Of a stretch of DNA of 64,000 bases, positions 55,806-64,000 are shown in pieces (positions within the stretch are counted from its first letter, which is position 1; each line of letters opens with the position of its first letter). The notes beneath the pieces are model-generated. The model made no database searches. It saw only the letters and a program-made list of their open reading frames with translations, and was not told where the DNA came from. Origin of the DNA: Terriglobia bacterium (GTDB taxonomy: Bacteria > Acidobacteriota > Terriglobia > Bryobacterales > Bryobacteraceae); contig CAVVFX010000006.1 in NCBI GenBank assembly GCA_963747535.1, positions 240,681 to 304,680 of the forward strand. Reading direction: 5' to 3'. Position numbers and translations under genes: made by a program.

Positions 55806-57017
55806 TTAGTTCAAATGCTTGCCTTGACGAAGGTAGGCGGGCGTATCCAGATCGTCCAGATCCAGCGCCAGAGGCACAATTGGGGGCTCTTCCTCGGGAG
55901 CCACCTCAATCACGGGCGGCGCTTCGGGCACTACTGCCGCGGCGGCCGTGCCGACCGGGACCGGGATGGCCGGAATCCGGTCCATGAAAGGCTTGCCATC
56001 ACGGAGGGCGTCAAGCAGGGGAGTCTCGACCTGGAAACCGGTGGCGATCACTGTGACTTTCACGGCGTCGCCGAGAGTATCGTCATTGGTGATGCCGAAA
56101 GTTATCTGCAGATCCTCGCTGTCGGCGGCCTCGCGAACGACGGAGCAGGCTTCGTCGATCTGGTGCAACCCCAGCGCGCTGGCGCAAGTGATATTGATGA
56201 GAATGCGCTTTGAGCCCTTAATCTTGGTGTCTTCGAGCAGCGGGCAATTGATGGCCTGGCGCGCCGCTTCGACTGCGGCATTTTCGCCGTGCGCCGTTGC
56301 GGTGCCCATAATGGCGTACCCCATGCCGAGCATAGTGGCCCGAATATCCGAGAAATCGAGATTGATAACGCCCGGTGTGCAGATGATATCGCTGATGCCT
56401 TCTACAGCCTGGCGCAGAATATCGTCGGCGACGCGGAAGGATTGTTTGATGCTGGTGCCGCGAGGCACGATCGCAAGCAGCCGGTCATTGGGAATGGTGA
56501 TCAGGGTGTCCACCACCTGCGCGAGATCTTCCATGCTTTGCTCGGCCACACGCATGCGCCGGGCGCCTTCGAAGGTGAAAGGCTTGGTGACCACCGCGAC
56601 GGTCAGCGCCTCGAGTTCTTTGGCCAGCGAAGCCACTACCGAAGCGGCGCCCGCGCCGGTGCCGCCGCCCAATCCCGCGGTCACGAAGACCATATCTGCG
56701 CCTTGTAGCATCTCGATGAGCCGGTTGGTATCTTCTTCAGCGGCCTTGCGGCCGATTTTCGGATCGGACCCCGCACCGAGTGAGCCGGTGAGTTTGGCGC
56801 CGATCTGAATCTTGTTCGGAACATTGCAGGAGGCGAGAGCTTGCGCGTCGGTGTCGATGGCGAAGAACTCGGGACCGGTGAGCCCTTCTTCGACCAGACG
56901 GCCAACTGCGTTCAACCCGCAGCCGCCCACGCCAACCACTTTAATGCGCGCGCCGTGGCGCGACTCTTCTTGAATTTCGTATTTAAGTGCGTCGAGATTG
57001 CCGTCCATGATCGACAT
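55806..57017 (-). CDS. ftsZ: Cell division GTPase FtsZ.
   Basis: GGGTGAG, the tubulin signature GGGTGSG-like, plus a C-terminal conserved peptide. Confidence 0.95.
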   Translation of the reverse strand: MSIMDGNLDALKYEIQEESRHGARIKVVGVGGCGLNAVGRLVEEGLTGPEFFAIDTDAQALASCNVPNKIQIGAKLTGSLGAGSDPKIGRKAAEEDTNRLIEMLQGADMVFVTAGLGGGTGAGAASVVASLAKELEALTVAVVTKPFTFEGARRMRVAEQSMEDLAQVVDTLITIPNDRLLAIVPRGTSIKQSFRVADDILRQAVEGISDIICTPGVINLDFSDIRATMLGMGYAIMGTATAHGENAAVEAARQAINCPLLEDTKIKGSKRILINITCASALGLHQIDEACSVVREAADSEDLQITFGITNDDTLGDAVKVTVIATGFQVETPLLDALRDGKPFMDRIPAIPVPVGTAAAAVVPEAPPVIEVAPEEEPPIVPLALDLDDLDTPAYLRQGKHLN

Positions 57018-57062
57018 CGCGTTCTCCTTTTTCCCTTGTTTGACAGACGTGATTCTGTCGAA

Positions 57063-58262
57063 TTACTGCAGAATTCTTCCTAGTAAACCGATCGACTGCC
57101 GTGCCAGATCGACTTTAGTCCTGAGCCGCGCGGAATATTTTGCCAGTCCCGCAGCGGTAGTCCAGGCGGGATCGTTCAAATCATCGGGCCAGCCGACGAT
57201 ACCGCGGGGCAACCCACGCCATGCCGGACATCCTAGTTCCTGTTCCGCCAACTCCACCAGCCCATGCAGCAAAGAGCCGCCGCCGGTCAGGACGAGGCCG
57301 CCCGTCAACGCGTGCTCCATGCCGACGCGCGCAAGGTCCCGCCGCACCAGGGCGAATAAATGTTGGGCGCGAGACTGCAGCACCTGGTTGATCTTCCACC
57401 GTGACGCTTCACGCTGCGCCTGGCCTTCCCGTGTGGGCAATTCGATCACACTGGTTTCGGTAGTGGACTCAGGAATGACGGAGCCGAATTGTTCCTTGAT
57501 CTCGACCGCGTCGGGGAAACTGATGCGGAGGAAATGCGCGAGGTCCGCGCTGAAATAATCCCCGCCGAGTCCGAGCGTGGACGCGAGTTGCAAAGCATTG
57601 CCGTAATAGACGACCAGTTCCGCCGATTGCGCGCCAATGTCGAGCACCGCGATTCCCTCCTGCCGGTTCTCGGGTAAGCCCGTGGCGTAGCAGGCAGCAA
57701 AGGCTTCAAAGACGGTTTCATCGACGCTCAAGTGACTTTGATTGATGGCGCCGACCAGGGCATTATGCTCCATCGTCGACACCACGATGGCGTGAGCGTT
57801 AGCTTCCAGTACTGCGCCCAGGACCTTCCGGGGATCGCGAACTCCCGCCTGATCGTCCACCACGAAATCCTGCGGAAGGAGTTGCAGCACCATGCGATCT
57901 TCAGCCAGAGCCACGCGCTGTACGCCCTTCATGACGCGGTTGACGTCGCGCTGCTCGATCTCGTGAGGCCGTCCGAATTCGGTTTTACTGTGGGCATCGG
58001 CGCCGCGCGCCGTGAGACCCCCGAAGCCGGCAGTGATGGTTTCGATCTGTGCCTTAGCCATCGTCTCGGCTTGTTGCACCGCCTCCAGCACGCATCGCGA
58101 CACCGCCTGCTGGTCGATGATCCGGCTCTTATCCCAGCCGGCTGACGGCACCGAGCCCGCGCCGAGAAAGTTTACGTGCGATCCGTCCATGCGGCACAGC
58201 ACACACCGTGTCCGTGACGCCCCGGTGTCGATCCCCGCCGCGAAAAATGGTTTCTGATTCAC
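57063..58262 (-). CDS. ftsA: Cell division protein FtsA.
   Basis: Actin-like ATPase fold (GIDTGASRTRCVL, DIGAQSAELVVY). It is in the dcw cluster between ftsQ and ftsZ. Confidence 0.92.
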   Translation of the reverse strand: MNQKPFFAAGIDTGASRTRCVLCRMDGSHVNFLGAGSVPSAGWDKSRIIDQQAVSRCVLEAVQQAETMAKAQIETITAGFGGLTARGADAHSKTEFGRPHEIEQRDVNRVMKGVQRVALAEDRMVLQLLPQDFVVDDQAGVRDPRKVLGAVLEANAHAIVVSTMEHNALVGAINQSHLSVDETVFEAFAACYATGLPENRQEGIAVLDIGAQSAELVVYYGNALQLASTLGLGGDYFSADLAHFLRISFPDAVEIKEQFGSVIPESTTETSVIELPTREGQAQREASRWKINQVLQSRAQHLFALVRRDLARVGMEHALTGGLVLTGGGSLLHGLVELAEQELGCPAWRGLPRGIVGWPDDLNDPAWTTAAGLAKYSARLRTKVDLARQSIGLLGRILQ

Positions 58263-58322
58263 TGCCTTTGCTCCTGACTACCGACAACTGATTAACGAAA
58301 AGCGGACAACGGACAACGGTTT

Positions 58323-59123
58323 TCACCTGACTGTCATGATGCGATCATCCAAACGTAAATCGAACACCGACACGCCTTCCGAACTCCGCAAGATCTCCTC
58401 GAAATGGCCCGTGAAATTCTGAAACCTGGCCAGGTAGTTGCGGTCGCCCAGCCAAAGTTCCACGGGGTGTCCGTTGATGGTGGCCGAGACGCGCATGTCA
58501 TGGGGCATAGAGGCGTTGATTTCCGATATCATGGCGGTCGCGGCCGGGCCCAGTTCGCGCAGCAACTGCTGCATCGAGACCACTCTCGCGCGGCGGTCGG
58601 ATTCCTCCTGCTCTTCCGTCACTCCGGTCAAGACCGGAAAATCGAACCGCTGGCGCGGCACGCCGAGCAACACGCCCTGCGCATCGATCAGCATGTAGCG
58701 GAACTGGCCGGACACGCCGTAAGGCAGTTTGGCGAATGCTACCGGATGCCGCTCGCGCACTTTCACGATCAACTGATTGGGCCAGATGCGCAGCACCGAC
58801 GCATCCTCAATCCAGTCGATAGCCAGCAGCCGGCGGCGGCGTTCGGCGAGAGGGATACTGAAAATGCTGCGGTTGATATCCGGCGCAAAGACCAGGGCGA
58901 TGCGGTCGGTCGAAGCGTAGCGATTGCCCTCGACGCGAATCCCCGGCTCGCCTGCCTCGTTTCCTGACGCCAGGCTCGATGGCAGGAAAAAGCGCTCGTT
59001 CGAGAGCAGCATGGATTGCACGCGGCGCGCGGCCACCGCCGTGGAGACAAAGAGTAGCAAGCCGGTCAGGATGGCCAGACCCAGGCGCCAGTTGAAGCGC
59101 TTGGGCGGAGCAGCTTTAGGCAT
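58323..59123 (-). CDS. ftsQ: Cell division protein FtsQ (POTRA domain).
   Basis: A single TM segment, then POTRA/FtsQ domains. Its position in the cluster supports the call. Confidence 0.85.
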   Translation of the reverse strand: MPKAAPPKRFNWRLGLAILTGLLLFVSTAVAARRVQSMLLSNERFFLPSSLASGNEAGEPGIRVEGNRYASTDRIALVFAPDINRSIFSIPLAERRRRLLAIDWIEDASVLRIWPNQLIVKVRERHPVAFAKLPYGVSGQFRYMLIDAQGVLLGVPRQRFDFPVLTGVTEEQEESDRRARVVSMQQLLRELGPAATAMISEINASMPHDMRVSATINGHPVELWLGDRNYLARFQNFTGHFEEILRSSEGVSVFDLRLDDRIMTVR

Positions 59124-60519
59124 ATGAATCGGCTCCCTTCAAAGCCGATTTCTTCAGGCTTTCCAGAATCATTTCAGATGCGGACGAAACGCTGCCGGCG
59201 CCGAGCGTGATGACCATGTCGTCTGCCTCGAGGCCGTCCGTAATCTGCAGAACTCCGTGGGCGATGCTGCCCGCGTATTCTGCGCCGCGATGGCCATACT
59301 GGCGCATGCGGTCCACCAGCGCCTCGGCGGTGACGCCTTCAATGGGCTGCTCCGACGCAGGGTAGATATCGAGAACGAAGACCCGGTCGGCCTGGTGGAA
59401 GGAGCGCGCGAACTCGTCCATCAGGTGCAGGGTCCGGGTGTAGCGATGCGGCTGGAACAGCACGTGCAGCCGGTGCGGAGAGCAGGCGCGCGCCGCCGCG
59501 AGAGTGGCCCGGATTTCGGTGGGGTGGTGGCCGTAGTCGTCAATCACGGTGACGCCCCCCTCGACCCCCTTCACCTGGAAGCGCCGGTCGACCCCGGAGA
59601 ATTGCGCTAAGCCTTCGCGGATCACGTCGCGCGGGATGTCGAGTTCGAGCGCCGTGGCGATGGCTGCCGTCGCGTTCAGCACGTTGTGCTCGCCCGGTAC
59701 GTTCAACTGAAATGAGCCCAGATCGTACTGGCCATGGCGCAGGTCAAAGCGGCTCAGAAAGTGTCCGCATTCCAGACTCGAAACCTCGAAGTCGGCTTGA
59801 GCGCTCTTCCCGTAAGTGATGGTCCGGCGTTTCACCTGCGGCAGGATCTGCTGCACGTTCTCGTCGTCGAGGCAGAGGAAAGCCGCGCCGTAAAATGGGA
59901 CCTTATTCACGAACTCGGTGAACGCCTCGCGGATTTCCTCGATGTTGGCGTAATGGTCGAGATGCTCGCGGTCGATGTTGGTCACGATGGCGAAGATCGG
60001 CGCGAGCTTCAGGAACGAACCGTCGCTCTCGTCGGACTCGACCACCAGGAATTCGCTCTTGCCCACGCGCGCGTTGGAACCGCCCATGGCGGCGACTTTG
60101 CCTCCGACGACCACGGTGGGATCGAGCCCCGCAAAATTCATGATGGTCGCGATCATCGACGTGGTGGTGGTTTTGCCGTGGCTTCCGCCGACCGCGATAC
60201 CGAACTTCAGCCGCATGAGTTCGGCCAGCAGTTCACCGCGCGGGATGACGGGAATCTGCCGGCGCCGCGCTTCCTGAATCTCGGCGTTGCTCTCGTCCAC
60301 CGCCGAGGTGACGACGACGGCCTTTGCATCGCCGACGTTTGCCGCAGCATGTCCTTCGTGGATTCGCGCGCCGAGCGACGCGAGCCGGGCCGTGATAGGC
60401 GACAGTTTCTGGTCGGATCCACTGATGGTATAACCCAAATTCAGTAGCACTTCGGCGATGCTGCTCATGCCGATGCCTCCGATACCGACGAAATGCAGGT
60501 GCTGCTTTTTAAAAAACAT
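59116..60519 (-). CDS. murC: UDP-N-acetylmuramate--L-alanine ligase.
   Basis: VGIGGIGMSSIAEVL and the Mur ligase core GSHGKTTTT. Confidence 0.93.
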   Translation of the reverse strand: MFFKKQHLHFVGIGGIGMSSIAEVLLNLGYTISGSDQKLSPITARLASLGARIHEGHAAANVGDAKAVVVTSAVDESNAEIQEARRRQIPVIPRGELLAELMRLKFGIAVGGSHGKTTTTSMIATIMNFAGLDPTVVVGGKVAAMGGSNARVGKSEFLVVESDESDGSFLKLAPIFAIVTNIDREHLDHYANIEEIREAFTEFVNKVPFYGAAFLCLDDENVQQILPQVKRRTITYGKSAQADFEVSSLECGHFLSRFDLRHGQYDLGSFQLNVPGEHNVLNATAAIATALELDIPRDVIREGLAQFSGVDRRFQVKGVEGGVTVIDDYGHHPTEIRATLAAARACSPHRLHVLFQPHRYTRTLHLMDEFARSFHQADRVFVLDIYPASEQPIEGVTAEALVDRMRQYGHRGAEYAGSIAHGVLQITDGLEADDMVITLGAGSVSSASEMILESLKKSALKGADSYA

Positions 60520-60574
60520 CAGCTTAATGTATTGTTCTCGTTATCTTTCTCGATTGTCAATGCCTCTGTGAGGT

Positions 60575-60680
60575 GAAAGTTCAACACTCGCAGGCGAAAC
60601 CGCCCGCGCCACCGCTGCACGTCTTCGGTTTCCGATGGTAGGGCAGTCGGTTTCGCCTGCCAGGTCCGCTTGCGGACCTT
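60575..60680. repeat. Family C hairpin repeat, copy 1 (GCAGGCGAAACCG...CGGTTTCGCCTGC).
   Basis: Long inverted repeat in the murC-murG spacer. It is about 80% identical in its arms to 61795..61895. Confidence 0.7.
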
Positions 60681-60682
60681 TT

Positions 60683-61759
60683 TTAGTCCGCCCGGTCGCA
60701 AGCCACCTCCAGCAAGACCTCAGCGGCACGCGCAGCAGCCCCGGGCCGGGCCAATTTCCGGGCCGCTTCGCCCATCCCCGCCAGTTGCCCGCGATTCCCG
60801 ATCAGCTCGCTTACCACCTGAAACATCCGCTCCCCATTCCAATCCTTATCGAGAAACATGCGACAGGCTCCCGCGCGCTCGAAAGCCTCAGCATTCCTGA
60901 GCTGGTGCTGATCGGCCGCGAAGGGAAACGGGATCATCACCGACGGCTTACCGGCCGCCGCAATCTCGGAGACCGTACCACCGGACCGGCAGACCACCAG
61001 GTCTGCCTGGGCGAAGGCCGCGGGCATATCGGAAATGAACGCGCAGATTTCGCCCTCCAGTCCGGCCGCGTCCCAGGCGCGCTTCAGTTCGTCAAACATA
61101 AGAGTGCCGGTCTGATGAATCAGCCGCACCGGTGTGCCCGCCGACTTGAACCTGGGCCAACTGTCGCGCGCTGCATAATTGAGGGTTCGCGAACCCTGGC
61201 TGCCTCCGGTAATCAAGACGGTGAATGCGGACCCGGCCGGTTTTGCGGGAATCGCGAAGAACTCTTCCCGCACGGGCCGTCCGGTCACTTCGGCGCGGCC
61301 GGAAGGGAAATAGCGTGTGGTCTCGGGGAAGCTGACCAGCGCGCGCGTCACCCAACGTGCGATGTGACGATTGGTGAATCCGGGAGCGGCATTCGGTTCC
61401 ATGACCACCAGTGGAATACCGTGAAGCACCGCGGCCAACACCGGCGGCCCGGCGACATATCCGCCCATACTGAAGACCGCGTGGGGACGCCGCGCGCTGA
61501 AGCGGCGGAATTGCTTCCAGGTGCTGCGGATCAATCCCCACAGGCTCGAAACTTTGGTCAGGACACCCACGTTCTTCAATCCGCCGAGTTCGACGAACTC
61601 GATGGGAAACCCGTCGGCCGGGACCATCCGGCTCTCGACCCCGCGTTGTGTGCCGACAAAATACACTTCGTGTCCTCGTATCCGTAACTCACGCGCCACG
61701 GCCAGGGCCGGAATCACGTGACCGCCCGTGCCTCCGCCGGCCATACAAAAGCGCGCCAT
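60683..61759 (-). CDS. murG: Undecaprenyldiphospho-muramoylpentapeptide beta-N-acetylglucosaminyltransferase.
   Basis: N-terminal GGTGGHV and the C-terminal GT28 domain. Confidence 0.92.
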   Translation of the reverse strand: MARFCMAGGGTGGHVIPALAVARELRIRGHEVYFVGTQRGVESRMVPADGFPIEFVELGGLKNVGVLTKVSSLWGLIRSTWKQFRRFSARRPHAVFSMGGYVAGPPVLAAVLHGIPLVVMEPNAAPGFTNRHIARWVTRALVSFPETTRYFPSGRAEVTGRPVREEFFAIPAKPAGSAFTVLITGGSQGSRTLNYAARDSWPRFKSAGTPVRLIHQTGTLMFDELKRAWDAAGLEGEICAFISDMPAAFAQADLVVCRSGGTVSEIAAAGKPSVMIPFPFAADQHQLRNAEAFERAGACRMFLDKDWNGERMFQVVSELIGNRGQLAGMGEAARKLARPGAAARAAEVLLEVACDRAD

Positions 61760-61794
61760 CAACCACGCCCGGCCCGGTAGTTGCAAAGTCCGGC

Positions 61795-61895
61795 CTGCGC
61801 AGGCGAAACCGCCCGCGCCACCCCTGCAAGTTCAGTATTATCTCCGGTGGGGCAGGCGCTTTCGCCTGCCCCGGCCGCTTGCGGCCGAAATTTGT
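61795..61895. repeat. Family C hairpin repeat, copy 2.
   Basis: GCAGGCGAAACCGCCCGCGCCACC...GCGCTTTCGCCTGCCCCGGCCGCTTGCGGCC in the murG-ftsW spacer. Confidence 0.7.
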
Positions 61896-61904
61896 TACGC
61901 CTTT

Positions 61905-63044
61905 TCATCCGGCGTGCTCCGACACATTCAGCAGGATGCCGATCGATGCGAGTGTGCTCAGTAACGACGTACCTCCGTAGCTGATCATGGGCAGCGGGAT
62001 GCCTTTCGTCGGTCCCATGCCCAGGGCGACACTGATGTTAATGAGCGCCTGGATCCCCAGCGCTACGGTAATTCCCAGGGCCAGATAGCGTCCGAACTCA
62101 TCGGGTACGAGCACGGCAGCCCGGATGCCGCGCCAGAAGATCACCATGAAGCCGATCAACACGGCTACGGTGCCGATCAAGCCGAACTCTTCACCGACCA
62201 CGGCATAAATCATGTCGGTATGCGCTTCGGGCAGGTAGAGCAGCTTTTGCTTGCCCTGCATGAGGCCGAGCCCCGTCACGCCGCCGGAACCAACCGCTAT
62301 TTTGGACTGCTCTGCCTGGTACTTGGTGTCTTTCGCCACCACCGACCGGTTCATGTAATTCTTCACGCGGCCCCGGGGATCGAATTTGTCGAGCAGTTGG
62401 TACTGCGGGTCCGCGAACTGAATGACGCGCTTGAGGCGGTAAGGTTTCTGGAACACAAAACCGACCCCCGCGATCATTCCCACGACCACGGCGAGCCAGA
62501 TGAATCGCTTGTCGAGTCCCGCGACAATGAACACCAGTGCGGCGGAGAGAAAAAGGACTACTGCCGTGCCGAGATCGGCGAGACCGACGAAGAAGGTGAC
62601 GAGGCCCACCGCCAGCGTCGCCGGCAGCAGCGTGTGCTTATTGTTAATGGCCCGGGACCGCATGGCAATGAAGAACGCGAGAAACAGCATCATCGCGGGC
62701 TTGGCGAATTCGGAGGGTTGCAGGCCCATGCCGGCGAAGCGAATCCAGCGATGCTGTTTCGGATCGGCGAAGAAGACCACCACCAGCAGAATGAGAACGA
62801 TTCCCATGGACGCGAACGCCACACCGGGATGCTGGAGCTTACGATAGCTCACGCCTTTGAGCAGCATCATCACGAACAGTCCGACCACGACCCAACCCAT
62901 CTGCCGCTCGATGTAGTAGTAGCTGTTATGTAGTTGCTGTTCTGCCTTGACCGACGAGGCACTGTAAATCATCAGAGCCCCAAAGAAAACCAGGAGGATG
63001 ACGGTGGTAAATAGAATCCAGTCGGTCTTAAGTCTTAATGCCAT
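61905..63044 (-). CDS. ftsW: Peptidoglycan glycosyltransferase FtsW (SEDS family).
   Basis: 10-TM SEDS protein with C-terminal GGTS and PLPMISYGGTS motifs. Confidence 0.92.
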   Translation of the reverse strand: MALRLKTDWILFTTVILLVFFGALMIYSASSVKAEQQLHNSYYYIERQMGWVVVGLFVMMLLKGVSYRKLQHPGVAFASMGIVLILLVVVFFADPKQHRWIRFAGMGLQPSEFAKPAMMLFLAFFIAMRSRAINNKHTLLPATLAVGLVTFFVGLADLGTAVVLFLSAALVFIVAGLDKRFIWLAVVVGMIAGVGFVFQKPYRLKRVIQFADPQYQLLDKFDPRGRVKNYMNRSVVAKDTKYQAEQSKIAVGSGGVTGLGLMQGKQKLLYLPEAHTDMIYAVVGEEFGLIGTVAVLIGFMVIFWRGIRAAVLVPDEFGRYLALGITVALGIQALINISVALGMGPTKGIPLPMISYGGTSLLSTLASIGILLNVSEHAG

Positions 63045-64000
63045 GCGCTCTCTCCTGCACTCCTGCTACAACCTCTTTGAATACGCGTCCGCGATGCTCG
63101 TAACCTGTGAACTGATCGAAACTGGCACAGGCCGGCGCCAGCAACACGGTATCGCCGGGTCTCGCGTGGGCGTAGGCTTCGCGCACCGCGGCATCCAATG
63201 TCCCCGCTTGAATGACCGGCACTGCGCCGGCCAGATGCGACGCGATTAATGCGGCGGACGCGCCAATCAACAGCACGCCGCGCGCTTTTTCGCGTAGCGG
63301 CTGTTGCAACGCGTGATAATCGCTGCCTTTGTCCTTACCGCCGAGGATAACCCACAAGTTGCCGGGAAAAGAGTCGAGAGCTTTAAGCGTGGCATCGACG
63401 CTGGTGGCTTTCGAATCGTTATAGAAGTCGACGCCGTTGACCCGGCGCACGAACTCGAGACGGTGCTCGACGGCCTTAAAGGTACGCACGGCAGACGCGA
63501 TGGCTTCGATGGGCACGCCTGCGAGATGCACGGCTGCGGCCGCCGCCATGGTGTTCTCGGCGTTGTGCCGGCCGCGGATCGGAATCTCAACGAGCGGCAT
63601 GAACTGCCGCCCGTTGAACCAGAGTTGATCGCCGCCAATCGACCAGCCGGGCGCACCGGCATGTTGCGCGCTGAACCAGACGGTAGTCCCCGGTGTGACT
63701 TCGGACCATCGACGGCACGTCGCGTCATCCAGATTCAGAACCGCGAAATCCTCCGTCGATTGCGTACGGAAGAGACGGCTTTTAGCCTCCGCGTAGGCGT
63801 CCATGGTGTGATGCCGGTCGAGATGATTTTGCGTGACGTTCAAGCCCACGGCGATGTGGGCGCGAAAGGTCTCGATGGTTTCGAGTTGAAAGCTGGAAAG
63901 TTCGAGCACATTCCATTGGTCCGGATGAGAGTCGGCGATCATATCGGTAACAGGGCGTCCGATATTGCCGCCCAGCAAGACCGGCACGCCGCTTTCGCGC
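63028..64000 (-). CDS. murD: UDP-N-acetylmuramoylalanine--D-glutamate ligase, C-terminal ~320 aa. The N-terminus lies beyond the window.
   Basis: Mur ligase central and C-terminal domains (NVTQNHLDRH, GGKDKG). The ORF is open to the window end. Confidence 0.88.
   Translation of the reverse strand, partial: RESGVPVLLGGNIGRPVTDMIADSHPDQWNVLELSSFQLETIETFRAHIAVGLNVTQNHLDRHHTMDAYAEAKSRLFRTQSTEDFAVLNLDDATCRRWSEVTPGTTVWFSAQHAGAPGWSIGGDQLWFNGRQFMPLVEIPIRGRHNAENTMAAAAAVHLAGVPIEAIASAVRTFKAVEHRLEFVRRVNGVDFYNDSKATSVDATLKALDSFPGNLWVILGGKDKGSDYHALQQPLREKARGVLLIGASAALIASHLAGAVPVIQAGTLDAAVREAYAHARPGDTVLLAPACASFDQFTGYEHRGRVFKEVVAGVQERAHGIKT

Overview
This window is GC-rich (~62%) chromosomal DNA, probably from an Acidobacteriota-like soil bacterium; the taxon is an inference from gene content and repeat style. 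Housekeeping and secreted-protein genes are mixed with an unusually dense set of short palindromic mosaic repeats (MITE/REP-like), at least 12 copies of one family plus two smaller families.

Recognisable core genes:
- a partial FocA/NirC-family transporter and a CoA-binding protein
- a secreted S15 CocE/NonD hydrolase
- the leuD-leuC-leuB-leuA operon with a divergent LysR regulator
- endonuclease III (nth)
- an acyltransferase-3 membrane protein and Tex
- a Uma2 endonuclease and a Tat-signal amidase
- ribBA
- a sugar-phosphate isomerase and a Gfo/Idh/MocA oxidoreductase
- an FHA-GAF-PP2C phosphatase
- an M24 peptidase
- tRNA-Phe, an SPFH protein and a DMT transporter
- two tandem PPK2 genes
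- a GNAT acetyltransferase, ComEC, a GxxExxY protein and a ParA-like ATPase
- a lone CcmC homologue
- a histidine-utilisation-like cluster (HutI-like amidohydrolase, FtcD-like formiminotransferase, YceH, an ACT-less PurU-like gene)
- a flavin amine-oxidase-like oxidoreductase and an AlkP-family phosphoesterase
- a TetR regulator
- the dcw cluster ftsZ-ftsA-ftsQ-murC-murG-ftsW-murD (partial) on the minus strand

Accessory or odd content:
- three transglutaminase-like paralogs (two in tandem)
- a secreted metzincin with IPT/TIG-like repeats
- a tiny beta-carbonic-anhydrase-like protein
- a PGQYP-repeat secreted protein
- an unannotated 46-aa secreted His/Lys/Gly-rich peptide
- a decayed integrative island at the 3' end of tRNA-Lys, carrying a MazF-like toxin with an atypical Lys/Ala-rich partner, a PIN-like gene pair, a tyrosine-integrase C-terminal remnant and a ~450-bp structured non-coding stretch

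No CRISPR array, rRNA or intact transposase was seen.
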